64,000 bases of DNA from Lobosporangium transversale (GCF_002105155.1 NW_019029006.1:62001-126000), one strand, 5' to 3'; numbered from the stretch's first letter, positions 26,416-39,955 are shown. Notes: generated by a model from the letters alone, not told the origin. Numbers and translations: made by a program.

Positions 26416-27429
26416 AAAGATAATAATAACAATAATAATAATATGCTAGAGCAATGCAATGCAGTGCCGCAACGAATAAATAACAATGATACAAGCGATG
26501 GCGATGTGCGTATGTCTGTGGAGGATGTCGAGAGCGAGAGCAAAAAAAAAAAAAAAAAAAAGAGGCGGTGACAATGGCAACAAATTCAGTTCTCGTGTGG
26601 GGTACTAATTTTTTTTTCCTAATTTTGTTTGTTTGACCCAATCCAATTCAAACTATTCATCATGCAATGTACCCTTGGCCTCTTTAATTGCACACCTCTT
26701 TTTTATTGCACGCGATCCTTGTGCTGTAACGCGACGTTCTACTTGACTACACTCCGCCTTTTCTATAACTCTCTCTTGTAAACTCTCCAACGCGACCATG
26801 TGTCTTTCGTCCTCTTCCAATTAGCCTTGCATGGACATCAATGGAGAGTGAACTGGTTAAAAAAAAAAAAAAGAAATGCAAAGCTCGGAGACACTTTTTT
26901 GACATGTCAGTGCCAATCCGTGTCAAATATCGGTACAATTCTCTGCAGTAATGGATTATGACCGCCATTTTTAAGAACCTATTGCAAATAGATGGAGCCC
27001 TCCGATGCTAGCCCAAGCAAAAGTAAAAAAGTAAAAGCAGAAGTGGGAGAAAGATGTTACTAAGAAGGGGGACACCATGTCTATACCGGGCCTCAGACGG
27101 TCCGAGATAAATATAGAGCAAGTACTCAAGCTGCTCTTAATAACGCTCATCACTGGCAAAGAAGCCAGGGGTCCTTTGGATAAAGCTAGTTGCCGTTCTT
27201 CTTTATCAACTGCAAACAGAAGCCTTATCAAGATATCTGGCCCTCAACAAAGTCAATATTCATGATTATCAGCGTCTGCGCCGCCCTCATTATTCATCAC
27301 TGAACATTACGGAATGAAGACAGCAAACAATGTAAGTCAAGAACTCTATTTCTAAGTTCCTCTCACAATATAATAGATTTATATGATCTCAAGGAATTTT
27401 TTTTTAGCTTAATATAGCTCGTAGAGAGC

Positions 27430-28620
27430 AGTAGCGACAGGGTTAGCGTAAGCGACCTGCCAACCAATGTTTTGAGAGAGTTTCTGTTCAACTTTCAGAG
27501 CCAACATCCTGTGATGTCCTCCAATTCGCCCATTCGCCAGAGATTTATGAGGATGACTGGACTGGGCATATCACTTGTCTCAGACAAGAGGTGGAGAAGC
27601 TATTCCTTGTAGATCGGTTTCCTATCCTGCAGGATAAAAAGAAAAGAGAAACAAGAAAAAAAAGCAATGGCATTTTTAAAAGAAATGGCTACCAGTCAAG
27701 CACTGCCCAGCCTAAAAATTTAGGAGAAAAGGCTGCGCCATATTAGATGAAGAAAAAGCGAGTCATTACATACAACACGTAGGTCGTCAAGGAATATCGG
27801 TCTACATAACTTCCAGGGCTTTCAACAAGCAGTGAAGTTCAAATGCTTTGTTGGACCCTTATGGCTCCTGTAAATGCAGCAAGTTTCCACAAGCTGGCGG
27901 TAAATATCATTCATAAAGTCAGCCCTGGAAAGGGCATTTGGATTGCTAGCGTTGACTTGGGGCAGGCCATTATTGCAGCCAAAAGTGCTTAGGTCAAGCC
28001 CATTAGATGTCAAAGAACTATGAATTTCCATCATGCAGCAACAGGCCTATTATGAAGATATGACAGTGAACCTAGACATCGAGTGTAGGAGAATAGACAA
28101 AGGTATCATGCACGAAGACGCGTATTGTACATGAAAGACAACGATATCGGAAACAGGACATGGGTTGAAGCACCACCAAACAGACGGTTCTGTCATAGTC
28201 TATGTTTGAGTATCGCAAAGCAGTCGAGGCACAAAAATGAACAGGTCCTACCCAAACGCGGCATTTCCCAACAGAGGGTTGTCTCTTTCTTAGGATCGCT
28301 GGACTCCCAAATAAATAGACTATTCACAGGCGAATACATTGGCTCTGGACATGGTTTGAGATATATAAGCACAGGGTTCTGTCCAATCTAGTTTTGGTGC
28401 TTGGACTATCGCCTCACATCCTTGCATCCTCAAAGCCAAACTGGTCTCGAAGCTATGATCAGAGGGATATGCTCTGGTGTCTCATAACAAATGTAGACCC
28501 GACCAACTGTTGCAGTAACAGGTTTGTTGGGCGAATACACATGCGGTAGACTTGCGAGACAGCATAACACAGGGACGTAATGGCGTATGATTCGCACCAC
28601 ATCCCCACACCTCACTAATC
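27430..28620 (+). pseudogene. Decayed Fanzor/TnpB-like nuclease remnant (copy C)
   Basis: Plus-strand fragments in the expected order: GIWIASVDLGQAIIAA (RuvC-I, about 27933-27980), RLTSLH (about 28410), LVSKL*SEGYALVSHN (about 28441) and FVGRIHMR*TC...HRDVMA (RuvC-III, 28568-28585), with many stops and frameshifts. Confidence 0.7.
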
Positions 28621-29261
28621 TGCGATAACCGCTCTAAATTTGAACAAGTCTGCTCGATGTCCCTGGCAATCTTTTCTTTTTTAGCTATATTATTGTTTTA
28701 GTCTCATATTCCTTCCGTTTGCTTATTCAATTTCAATCGTACAATTTTATCTGCTTTCAATTATGTGGCATAAATCTGCGGAAATCACCATATCATCATG
28801 ACATCTTGACATCTTGACAATCAATGCTTCGTCAGAAAAATAAATAATATAAAAAATGACTTTTCTTCTTCGATAGGATGGATCAGCATCCAAGTAGCCG
28901 TTGAATGGAATATCCATGCGTCTTTCCTCTTCTTTTCTACAACATTGTTCACTTCTTTTCAATTTTTTTTTTGTTTTCTTATAATATTCTATTTATTAAT
29001 ATTTTTACATTTAACTCCTTTTTATCCTCTTTTTGTTACATTTTGACGACCGGATGGATATCAACTGTGGACCATCCTAACCGCCACCCCCTCCTTTCTT
29101 TCAACAACACCATCTCAACTCTGTGCATGTCCTACCATTCATTTCAAATATAACGGACACAACATACGCACAAACACGGACCTTTGTCGAGCTACACACA
29201 CGCGCGCTGCTGTCAAAATCCCCTTCTTTCACAATACAAAATAAATAAGAAAAACATAGTA

Positions 29262-31261
29262 ATGAGAGCCTCTATTGAACAGCAAACACAGACATCAATG
29301 TATAGCAGAAAGGATCGGGCTCGACAGAAGCTCAACGTCCCGATCTCTCGTATGCCTATAACAACGCAGAGTGCCAACACAAACACAGGCACAGGCACAG
29401 GCACAGGCACAAGCGCCAGCGCAATGATACCTATCCAATCATCTACTAATTCGACAGTGCCCAGTGGACCGTTCTCCCCCATTACAACCGCATCAATCAC
29501 AGGTGCTGTTGTTCCTGGCTCTAGTCCTGCCAGTGCTGGTACTGATGATGGTGCTGCATTTACATATGCAAGGAGATGGGACCAGACAAAAACAATGTTC
29601 AGAGAAGATACAAATAAAACTCTAAACCTTGCTCAGTCTATGACGCCAACAAAGGCAGAAGGTATGAAACAAATTTATGACGGCAGTATCGCTCGTCATC
29701 ACAGTGCAGTTCGATATTCACATCCATGCATGTAATTCAGAAGTGTATTTGATATTACTCATCTCACCAAACAACTGGCTGTGGCTGTTCTCGTTCTGTC
29801 TCCGTGGTGATGATTCCTCCGCTTGGTAGGGTTATTGGGGAATAGAAAATAGAAAAGAAAATACCGTGTACAGCCAACCATGTAAAAATGGGGCAAAGTG
29901 CACGTACGCGACCACCTGTCCTAAAATGGTCGCCCCTTTTTTTTGAGCAACTGACACAATGTCATTCTGATGAAGAGAAGAAAAGAAAAATAGGCACAGA
30001 GAGGATTGAGGGTGCTTGATAATGAGTATATTAACATAATAGTCATTGACAATCAACTTGTAGACATGAACTCACTTCATTAATTCTTTCTCATTCATTT
30101 GTCATTCCATTTTCTTTTCATTTCTTTCTTGACGCAAGAGAGTCAAACTCGCTTGCATATTTCCGTTCCTCGACAACCTAGACTGCCCAAACTTAACCTT
30201 CAAGTCCCTGAGATCAGCGTCCGATTCGAACCAGACAGTATTAGTCCTATCAAGAACAGCGATAACCACCATTGCTTCTTCAACAACAACATCACTACCA
30301 ACACTCCACTCTACACCGACACTGACAAATTAGTCTACAACAGCCGCAGAGTTAGTTGGAGTCCCTCCCAAGCTATCCCAGAAGGCTATTACTCGAAAGG
30401 ATTCACACTAACTTCCTTTCAAAGAACTGCCGATAGAATTGGATTGTCCTCGTTTTCTTCTACGTCTTCTCCCTTCTCTTCGACATTATCCTCTAACACG
30501 TCTTCACCATCCTCAGCCTCTTCTTCCACACCACTAAAGCGATCCAACACCAACCATCAACAGCGAAAAGAAACACTCAGTCCATTTCAGCGACTTGTTG
30601 GTCGCTCAAAGTCAATGAGAATTAAGGCGCCTGTGCCTTTCTTCATCTCGGCAGACTCAGGGAACAACGAAACACAGGTGCGGACGGAGCGCTTTACTGG
30701 GTTATACAGTGATAAGCAATATCCACGCGACCCTCCTAGCAAAAAGACTCTGGATCTGTGCGACTCTATAGCGGCTAACGCCAAGAAACTCGCGATAGAT
30801 AAGGATATGATGGTGAGGATGGATAACAGCTCAGCGGCGCATAGCTATGCTGAACAAGGCGTTGATGTTGCCAATAGCTCTAAAAACCGACCGAGAAGTA
30901 CTATAGATATGTCTGATGTACAGGCGGAGAGTTTGAATCCGATAGAATCAAATTCAGAACATTCCCATCCCACATCTAATGGCAACTTAAAAGCAGACAA
31001 AACTACCGCAAAAACGGAAATATCATCGGATTCCCAAAAGCCGAGCATTACTATCGCAGCAATTGGCAATGGACTCTATAAACCTTTGTGGAAGCATACC
31101 ATGACGAATCCTGAACAGATACGCGAGCTGGGACTGAGTCCTCAGGAAGTACAAAAGCAAGAGACAATCTTTGAGCTAATATACACTGAAGCAGAGTATT
31201 TGGACGACCTCAAGAGCATCCATAAGGTACGATAAAGCTATATTTCTATCATCCAGCTTCC

Positions 31262-31296
<35 letters not shown>

Positions 31297-33636
31297 ACGT
31301 GTTTTCAATGGTCCTTGTCAACTTTATACACGGAGAGCATCTGCTGAGCTATCTTTCAATAATGGAAATGTAGATTTTCGTGGATGAATTAAATGTCAAA
31401 ATGGCGGAGTCAAGGAAAAAAAAACGATTTAACCCTGACAAGTCAGATGTAAGGCTTTATGAGCGGCTCGCAAGACTACTGTCGCATATAAAAGACCTAT
31501 GGAACGGTCACCAATCATTGTTGAGAGTAAGTGATTGGTTGAATGACTCGTACAATGAAAGAAAGTCGTCTTCATGTTGTACCTTATGCTGACATACAAT
31601 TCAACATTAGTCGCTACAAAACAAGCAGCAGCAGGAGACACCTGTTGTACAAAATATAGGCAGTGTGTTTGAAAATGTAAGTGAGCATTTGCATAAGTCT
31701 AATGTTGGTGTTTTTCCTTGCCACTAAATGATCGCAACTAATTTGCCTACAATCCTCTGATGATCAACAGTTTTATATGTTTTCAATATATGACTCATAT
31801 TTTGCTCAATACACAACCACCTCACGAGACTTTCAACACATTATAACAGGGTCTTCTGAACTATGCATAATCATTAGAGTAAGAAATGTGGCAAAGGTGA
31901 TTGCTAGTTTCTATTGTATACTGTTTATTAAAAGAAACTGCTAACCATTGATTTAATTTTTTCATTGCAGCACTTGTTAAAGTCACCCAGGTGCAAATGT
32001 CTGACTTTGGAAGGAATTTTCCTCAAACCTATTCAAAGGTTACAGAAGTATCCACTCTTTTTCAAGGTAGACATCGACGATTGAGAACCATTGTCATAGG
32101 TGATTAAGTTTACTTATCCATCGTTGCATACATTAAATTAACCGCCTGTCATTTGTTTCGGTATTTCAAAGGATCTACTTAGCTTAACACCGCCGTCTGA
32201 TCCTGACTATGCTCAGTTAGCACAAGCATTGGAAAAGCATCAACGCGAATTAACAAAAATTGATGATCGGATATGGATTGAAGAGCACAATGAGATGCTT
32301 ATGGACTTGCAGCAACGCATTAAAGGCCTGCCGTCTGTAAGTCTTCTACTTGAATAACTACATTATCCATGTAATTAGTTTTTATTATACAAGCATCAGG
32401 GTCTGAACAAGATTATAACTATTGTTCTTTTGGATCAACTCCATGTCTATAGGGCTTTTCACTTGTCGAGCAACATCGATATCTTATTCTGGACGGGCCA
32501 GTACATCGCATCTCCGTGCGCCAACCTAACAAACTCGTATTCGGTAAACACGGAAAAGGCAGCAAATCAGAAAGCTACGCCACATCTCAAAATTACCCTT
32601 ATTACCACCGTCATGGCTCGTCCGAGTGGCGCGGGGACGGATTCAGGCCCCCGATCGCGCGTTTAAGCAGCAGTGATGACGACGATGACGACAATACCCC
32701 AACGCTGATTACTAGGCCAAGCCAGATGGATTATCATCACCAACATGCCAAACCAGCGTTTCCATCATCGACTTCGCTCTCTTCTGGCTCGTCTTCATCT
32801 TCAACACACTCTGCTCTTACAACACCTATATCGCCATCTCCGATTACTCCTATATTCAAAATGAAGAGTCGTGTTGAACCCAATTGTGAAAATCGTCAGC
32901 AAAAGTTTGGAGATGGATTATTTTATACAACTAGTCCGATTTCGCCACCTAATTCCGCAACTACATTGCATTCCTTGTCATCTACTCCAAGTCCGATAGC
33001 TATCCCAAATTCTGCAACACCAGCAGCTCTCTCGTCATTAGGGGCGTCAACTCCATCCAAGCAAGGCGTCGTTTCACAATTGGTCTCACAATATAGCTTC
33101 AATCTGTCATCCAGCTTTTCGAATTTGACAGGAGCAACCCATTCCCGAAGTATTGCACCTTCAGCCCTCTATTTGCCAGGGATTATAAAGAATTCAACGG
33201 ATTCTGAGGCAGAGTACCACGTGTTCATCTTCACAGACATCATATTGTGGACTAAGCGAGTAATGAGCCGATATCATCGTAAAGAAGGCGCACCTTGGAA
33301 TTTTAAACTGGTAGAGCCGATATCACGCTTGACCAGCGTTTCTACGACGTCTGAAGGTACTAATGTCAACCATTTTAAGTACAAAAGCTTGCTCTTAAAA
33401 AAAAAAAAAAAAAAAAAAAAATGAAGTATTGCGAAATAACCGATCCATACTCATTGATTTATCCAATAATTTTTATAGATAATATTTTCTTATGCACATC
33501 CGTGAACACAAGTAGTGCTAGCTATTTGGTGCGTACAGAAGATGAAATTGCAGCGAGGATGTGGCGAACAACAATACCCACACTGGTTCCATTCCATTGC
33601 TCGCGAAACATAAAAGATCGTTGGACGAAGAAATAA
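29262..33636 (+). CDS. Rho guanine nucleotide exchange factor (DH-PH), multi-exon
   Basis: QKQETIFELIYTEAEYLDDL, LTLEGIFLKPIQRLQKYPLFFKDLLSLTPPSDPDY and the PH-like YHVFIFTDIILWTK; long S/T-rich insertions. Confidence 0.88.
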
Positions 33637-34261
33637 GTCATATCTTTGCAATCGAGGGTAATAAATAAATAAGGTTGTTTATACCTCTGCTTACATGAAA
33701 CAGCGTTATCATTTTTTTTTTGTTCGTCTATATTCATGCATCCTGTATCCCTGTATCATGTCATACATTGAGAAATATGTTTCGCAAAGTCTGTCAATAA
33801 TATGAATGATTTTTTTTACGCGTTGCAAATGAATTAGAAACGAATTATGACTACACAGCATATTGATGTGGATGTGTTTTCAAGTCTCTGTTTATGCAAC
33901 CACGCTTTCGCGCCGTTTTTGGTGTCTTGCCTTAGTTGGGCGCCAGATTCATCGAATAAGAAACATTTTTTTTTTAAGGTCTTGGAAATATTTGATAGTG
34001 TCACGGCTATTACCATTTGTGACATATAAAACGGTCTTTGAGGCATCATATAAATATATCAGTTCTGGATATACCTTACTTTTTCGCCTCTTTTTCTCAC
34101 TTCTATTCCATTCCTTAATTACTTGGCTCCTCTTACTTCTTACGCTACTCGGCAAGAAACGCTCGTCCATCTGGTCAACTTCCTACCTCATCAGCAAAAC
34201 CTTTTTTTTAAAGCTTTATCAACCAAAATCTAAAGAAAGCTTTAAAATACATTTATTAACT

Positions 34262-35350
34262 ATGAGATCTTCCATGATCCTTGCTGCCATTGCGGTGGCC
34301 TCCACTGTCTCAGCTTATCAATGTCCATCGACCGTTGCAGTTATTAAAGCTTGCGCGTCCATCAATGTTGCCCCTTGTAGGTGTCTCTTTTATGACTAGA
34401 CTGGACACGTGCATAAAGATGTGTTGGATACAGAAATGAACAAGTTGATGATTTGATTTCAGACTAAAATTTGATCTGTTGTTTACGTCACTCAAGTGGT
34501 GTGCACCAATCCTAAAGTGAATATTGAGCCCTGTAACGAAAAGCAGTGCACCCAGACTTATGTCAATGATTATTCTGCTTGTCAATGTCGCCGCAGCTCC
34601 ACCGGCTTTTATGAGGTAAAAAATACTTTTTTTTTCCTTTTTTTTCCTTTTTTTTCCCCCTCCTTTTAATGAGTCTGTTTTAAAACATATTTCTTTCTCA
34701 AAAATATTGATATAACAATACAGAGCTCGGTTAATGTTGATGGTCTTCTCAGACGTTGCGGAGTGGCTGGGCTAATAAACCCGTATGGCGACCCATCGCA
34801 ATACAGGCCTGGTCAAGGCACCCAGACCTTCTCCCGTTCCTCCACTACTGGGGGTGCGACCGCCACTTCGCGCACAGCCGATCCCAGTGCCAGCCCTAGT
34901 GAGAGGAGTATTCTTGATCCCGTGAGGAACACATCACATCACATTTCGAAAGGAGCAATTGCTGGTATTGTCCTTGGACTTTTGGCAGCTACGGCCTTGG
35001 CTGGACTTTTAGGTTGGTGCTGGAGAAAGAGGCGTCATGATCACATGGCGGTCTATAATAGCTACCCGGCAGGCGCTGAAACCCGTGGACCATCTCGTAC
35101 AGTTGTGACCGAGAAAATTGAGCCTATTGTCGTCAAGACTTCTCCTGGCACTACTGGACCGACAACTGGTGGTTATAATACTGGTGCTACTACTTCTTCT
35201 GCCGCCCATAATCCAATGAACACCACAGCCACCAATAATTACAACACCACATCGACTCATGCTCCACATAACACAGGCGCTTACAACAGTTCAAATGCAG
35301 CTCCTGCCGCTACTACCCAAGGCTACAGCACCCAGCCTCGTACCGGATAA
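34262..35350 (+). CDS. Secreted-type single-pass membrane protein with a Cys-rich ectodomain, 3 exons
   Basis: Signal peptide MRSSMILAAIAVASTVSA, Cys-rich exons, S/T-rich stalk, TM segment GAIAGIVLGLLAATALAGLLGWCW and an RKRR stop-transfer signal. Confidence 0.75.
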
Positions 35351-35781
35351 GCTTATTTAAAAAAACTGTTACTCTTTTCATAACCTTTTATGCTTATTTC
35401 CTAGTCACCTATCTTCATTATGTGTTGTAAAAAAAAAGATTGTCTAGTATCTCAACAATCTTTTCCCCCCACCAAGTAATCATAATGAAGTACAGTACAT
35501 AATAATAACAGTAATAATAATAACAATAGAAACGTTACCAAAGAAAAACGCACAGCCCATTTCCACTCCAACGCGATCTACCGCGCAATCAGCTTGCTCA
35601 ATCTCAAACAGTCACAAGAAAAGAAAAAAAAGGCTGCATGTTCATGCATTTTCTCATCTTGTTTCAACCAACACAAGCTCACTCTACCATTACTTCATCT
35701 GTATTATCGTGTCTAAAAAATAGAAAGAGAAAAAAATACCAACCTTAATCGCTCTATTCCCCTTCATTTTCAAAAAAAAAA

Positions 35782-36391
35782 ATGTCTACACGAGATTTTT
35801 CCATTAAAACTGGTGTCTTAAAGAGGTAAAAAAAACTCTTTTTCTTCAAAGGAGGATCGAGTCGACGACGTTTGAGGAATTCACCCTTTTTTTTCTTCTT
35901 CAATAACCGAAATAAAACTAGAGTTGCCAAGGAGCAAGTCTACTACCACGCAGAAAGAGACAAGCAACAAAAACGTATTAATGATATGATAGCCAAGGAC
36001 CCTAATGACTATGAAATCAAGAAGCAGGTAAAAAAGAGAAAAAAAAAAGCTTTCTTTTGCCCCCAACGTCTGTTTCCTCATGTTTGATAGCCTTGTAACA
36101 TCTTATCGCATGATATAGCGTGAAGTTCTTGAAGAGACATTGGATATGTTGCCTGATGTTGAGAGGAGAAAAAAGGCAGCCCATCAGGACCTTGCTAATC
36201 TTGTTGTAAGAAGAAATATTGTGCTAAGAAAAGAAAAAAAAAAAAAAAAAAAAAGAGTAGAAGAGGAAAGAGACTTTATTATTTTATTAAACATTAATAA
36301 ATTTTATTTTATGTAGGCAAACGCGAATCCTGATATCAAATCATCAAAAGAATATCAAGAGGCTGTCGAAACTCTCGAGCAGTACGAATAA
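35782..36391 (+). CDS. TBCA: Tubulin-specific chaperone A (Rbl2), 4 exons
   Basis: Spliced product contains IKTGVLKRVAKE..YY, DYEIKKQREVLEETLDMLPD and AAHQDL, matching tubulin binding cofactor A. Confidence 0.9.
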
Positions 36392-36820
36392 AAAAAAAGG
36401 TATGTAGGATGGGCCAATCACACAAAAAAATAAATGTGGTGTAACCAAATATCACACAGACTTCTCACATTTTTGTACTCTGAATTAAATGAGATCTACC
36501 AGCAAATACTTTTGTATTAATTGTTATCGTCTATTCATAACAGTAGTGAGTCTGTTCAAGACGATATCTGTCAGTGTTAACCTTCCATATACTCATATAT
36601 CTGATTCTGGAGAGGAATTTTTGCCATAAAATGGTTTAAGAAATAATAAAAAACGACAATTAAAAGAAGTTATATCTAAACGACAAAACCAAAAAAATTA
36701 TTACTTCTCTGCTAAAATCTCGTCAATAGACAAGAACAAAAATAAAAAAGTGAATTATTCTACTCTACCCCGATGGTATGATATATATAATAATCACTTT
36801 GCTCCTTCCCCGAACCCAAC

Positions 36821-38166
36821 TCAGCAGAGGATTCCATTGCTATCCATGATGTCAATAAGTTCTTGCAGGGGTACAATATCCTTTTTGTCCAACAGGTCAA
36901 ATTCTCGTCCAAAACTGACAAAGTGCGCGAAAAGCGAGTTGAAATGACCTTCTTGACAGAGCGAAAGCATCTTGTCATAATGTGAATGATAGACATGTGC
37001 AAAAACTCGGATCAATTGTTTAAAGATCGCGCGTACTGTCTGTTGAAAAGTAGGTGGAAAATCACGTCCTATTGCCAAGAAAAAGAAAAGTTAATACCTG
37101 TAACAACAATAATACAATCAGAAGAACCATGACAGAGCAATACATTAATAAAGAAGGGCTTTTTATACCATCTTTGGTAGGAAAGGTATTTTCATCGTTA
37201 ATGAGTGTCTGGATCCAGCTCATGACAAAGTCAATGTATTGCGGTGCTGGCACTTTACTCGTCTTTTTTTGCCCATCCATCCAAAGGTACTCAAATCTAT
37301 TTTTTTAAAATAATAACGTAATAAAACAAAAGTGGGGACATCTTGTTAATTTTCAACTCCTAAAAAATATAGAAAAAAACTAGATCCAAGTCAACATTAC
37401 CCTGCTCCTGCAGACATGTTTGGACAATCTCGTGCTGTGCAGAAATCCGATATGGATCCATAGAACATATTGATGTAGTTGTAGAAATCAAACACTAAAA
37501 AAAAAAAAAAAAGGAATGATGGATATATTTTTTGTTATGATGGGTTAGTTCTTATTCTGCAATTGCTTCGTCAAACCACATCTGTTTCTCCCTTTTCTCG
37601 GACAAGTTGACAGTGCAACCTGAAACGCGTTTGGCTTTTTTTTTTTGCGGAGATTTTCAAAATTGCCATCCCTTTGATTCTATTCTCGCATGCAAAAGAT
37701 TCCTCACTCGGGTACTTGTTAAAAAAGTGTATACCCTCAATGTGCAGAAAATTTTAAAAAAAGCCTCCCAGTGAACAAGGCCAAGAGGATACTGCAGCGG
37801 AGGTAGTTGATGTAGATTGCTACCCCATTATCCATATGTTCCAAACGTTGCTTACCATTCACTGCAAGCCATTCGTTAGCATCAACATACTTGGGCAACT
37901 GGACAATGGTCTTGAAGTTACCCTTGACGATCGAGTTATTGCAGTAAGGCTGACAGAGGAATAAGGGCCGTACTGATGATGTAGATCGTTTAGGTTTTGT
38001 CTTGCTTCCAAATTTACCACTTTGGACGTTGTGTTAATGGCGAGTGTATATTTTTAAAACAATAAGTGGTAATATAAAATGTCAGCAACAGAAATATATT
38101 CTGCCTTGTTACTTAATGTAGAGTTTATATATGCCAGGTTTACCTGATGTTAAAGAATCCACTCAT
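36821..38166 (-). CDS. MOB2: MOB kinase activator, Mob2 (Cbk1 activator)-like, multi-exon
   Basis: PLFLCQPY..IVKGNFKTIVQLPKYVDANEWLAVN, CPNMSAG, PAPQYIDFVMSWI, FPTK, IFKQLIRVFAHVYHSH and HFNSLFAHF. Confidence 0.9.
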
Positions 38167-38429
38167 GGTGCAGCTTATATAATTGTGGATGGGACCAAAA
38201 AAAAATAGGGATAGGATTAGGTATAATTGTAGTATAGGAGAATTCAAGAGTCTTGTTGCATCCGATGGTGAAAAAGATGTGATGAAGTGAAAAGAATTAA
38301 GTTGAAGGCACAATCTAGGCCTAATTAGCCACCACAAGGGATCAATCTGGCCATGACCACGCTTGTCTCTAAACTTGGTTAGTGTGCTTGCGAACAAATG
38401 CGTCTAACTATATTAAAATTTCCTGCGCC

Positions 38430-38917
38430 CTCTCTATGCTACTGGCCTCTTGCTGCTTCGGCCACGGGTCGACGCTGCGTTCTGACTAAGACTCGACCCC
38501 CTGCCTGTCCTTGTACTTGTACCTGTGTCTGTTCTTGCGCTTGCGTCTGTCGCTGATATCGCTCTATGATGTGTCCAAGGAGATTGTTCCTTCGCATCTA
38601 CAGGCTAAAGATGATGCGGTCGTTTTTGTATCTTCGGTTGGCCACGAATTGTATTACATACATTATGCGCCGCCATTACATTGCGATGAAAATACGTTTG
38701 GGACGATACAAGAAACTTGCCCAACAAGTTTTTACAGGATGGATGGGCATTTCTTGGGCTTATAAATTAACCACCGTCCATATAGCTAAATGAACGTACC
38801 TACAAAGAAAGATCTATCTAGTCAGAGAAAGCAATCATATATGTTGAAAAAGAATAGGAGAAAAGATTAGTAAAAACCTGCGGCTACAAATAAAATAAAA
38901 TGATCATTAAGACTTAC
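38430..38917 (-). pseudogene. Decayed Fanzor/TnpB-like C-terminal remnant (copy D)
   Basis: Intron GTAAGT(38917)..TAG(38800), then VRSFSY, KKCP, LVGQV and YFHRNVMAAHNVCNTIRGQPKIQKRPHHL*PVDAKEQSPW. This matches the C-terminus of copy B (HRDVMAGHNIYNVKGHLLYQGR); the RuvC-III Asp has become Asn. Confidence 0.75.
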
Positions 38918-39715
38918 ACATAATCCCAGCATCCTCCTGGGAGTATTCCAGCCCCCTGTTGCTGGCTTAATACAATCGTGATTATAGTCACCGCTGTAGT
39001 TGAGGTTGCAGAATAGTATCGCTTTGTTAGGTCTGATACTCCTTTATCTTGTTGCCTTCTCTTGATGTATGTAAATCGCTGCTAAAAACCGTGGGTCTAG
39101 GTTTCGCTTGCTTTGCTTGGACTGTTAAAGTTATTGAGCGGTGAAAAACTTATTCCTTAATGTGATTCGAGTGTTGTGGATGTGGATGGCGAAAGGAATA
39201 TGTTGAAAGAATATGAACGGTGATGAGAAGAAATCAAGGCGAGAAGGAAAAGTTTATATACCATTAAGTCTACAGCATGATCGATAAACTCATACCAATA
39301 TATTAGTACAGTCCACGCGTCCAGGAAGCACTTGTGATCACAGAGAAGTTTCGGAGAGTCCACATAAGGCTCTATTCTCCATATATGCAAGACTATCATG
39401 CGGTTTATTTTTATTTTTGTATGCTTCCGTTGTGCTGAATGAAATGATGAATGTGTGTGAACTGAGCCACCTCTTTGCACGAACCTCAATTTCCTTTTTA
39501 GTTCCTCAGACAACTGATCGACAGAACGGTGAACCATGTCTGAAATTAAAAATCAAAATCAAAATCAAAATCAAACACCTCTCCTTTGTTTTATCAATGA
39601 TCCATAAAGAAGAAGTCTATCGAAGAATTGCTTTCAATAGGGTTACTGACTACCTGTAAATCATGGAACGTTAGTCATAATCTAAGTAAATGCAAAAACA
39701 TTTAATACATGCTGG

Positions 39716-39955
39716 GGCGACCATTACCGCCTGAAGAGCCTCTTCATTTGGCCTCAAATCATTGCCGAAATATTTCCAGTCATGGCCGCTGGAGACCATT
39801 GACTTCATCTAGTTGCACTCGTTGGGGCCCAGAGGAAGAGTGTGATGTCTATCTGTTGATCTGTACGGTTTTTAAAATAGTCCAGAAATTCAGGGACAAG
39901 ATTAGGTAGAAAGGATAAACAGAACTTACAAATTTTTTGTGGGTGCTGGCACCCA
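39716..39955 (-). ncRNA. Candidate omega-RNA-like structured region 3' of the Fanzor-like ORF
   Basis: Stems seen at 39940-39955, 39816-39842, 39778-39804, 39746-39759, 39732-39746 and 39716-39731, directly downstream of the stop codon. Function is inferred only from position. Confidence 0.4.

Noticed and set aside
27822..28034. Minus-strand 70-aa ORF with SNGLDL resembling copy A TNGL
   Set aside because: The ordered Fanzor motifs here are on the plus strand; this ORF is an antisense artefact.
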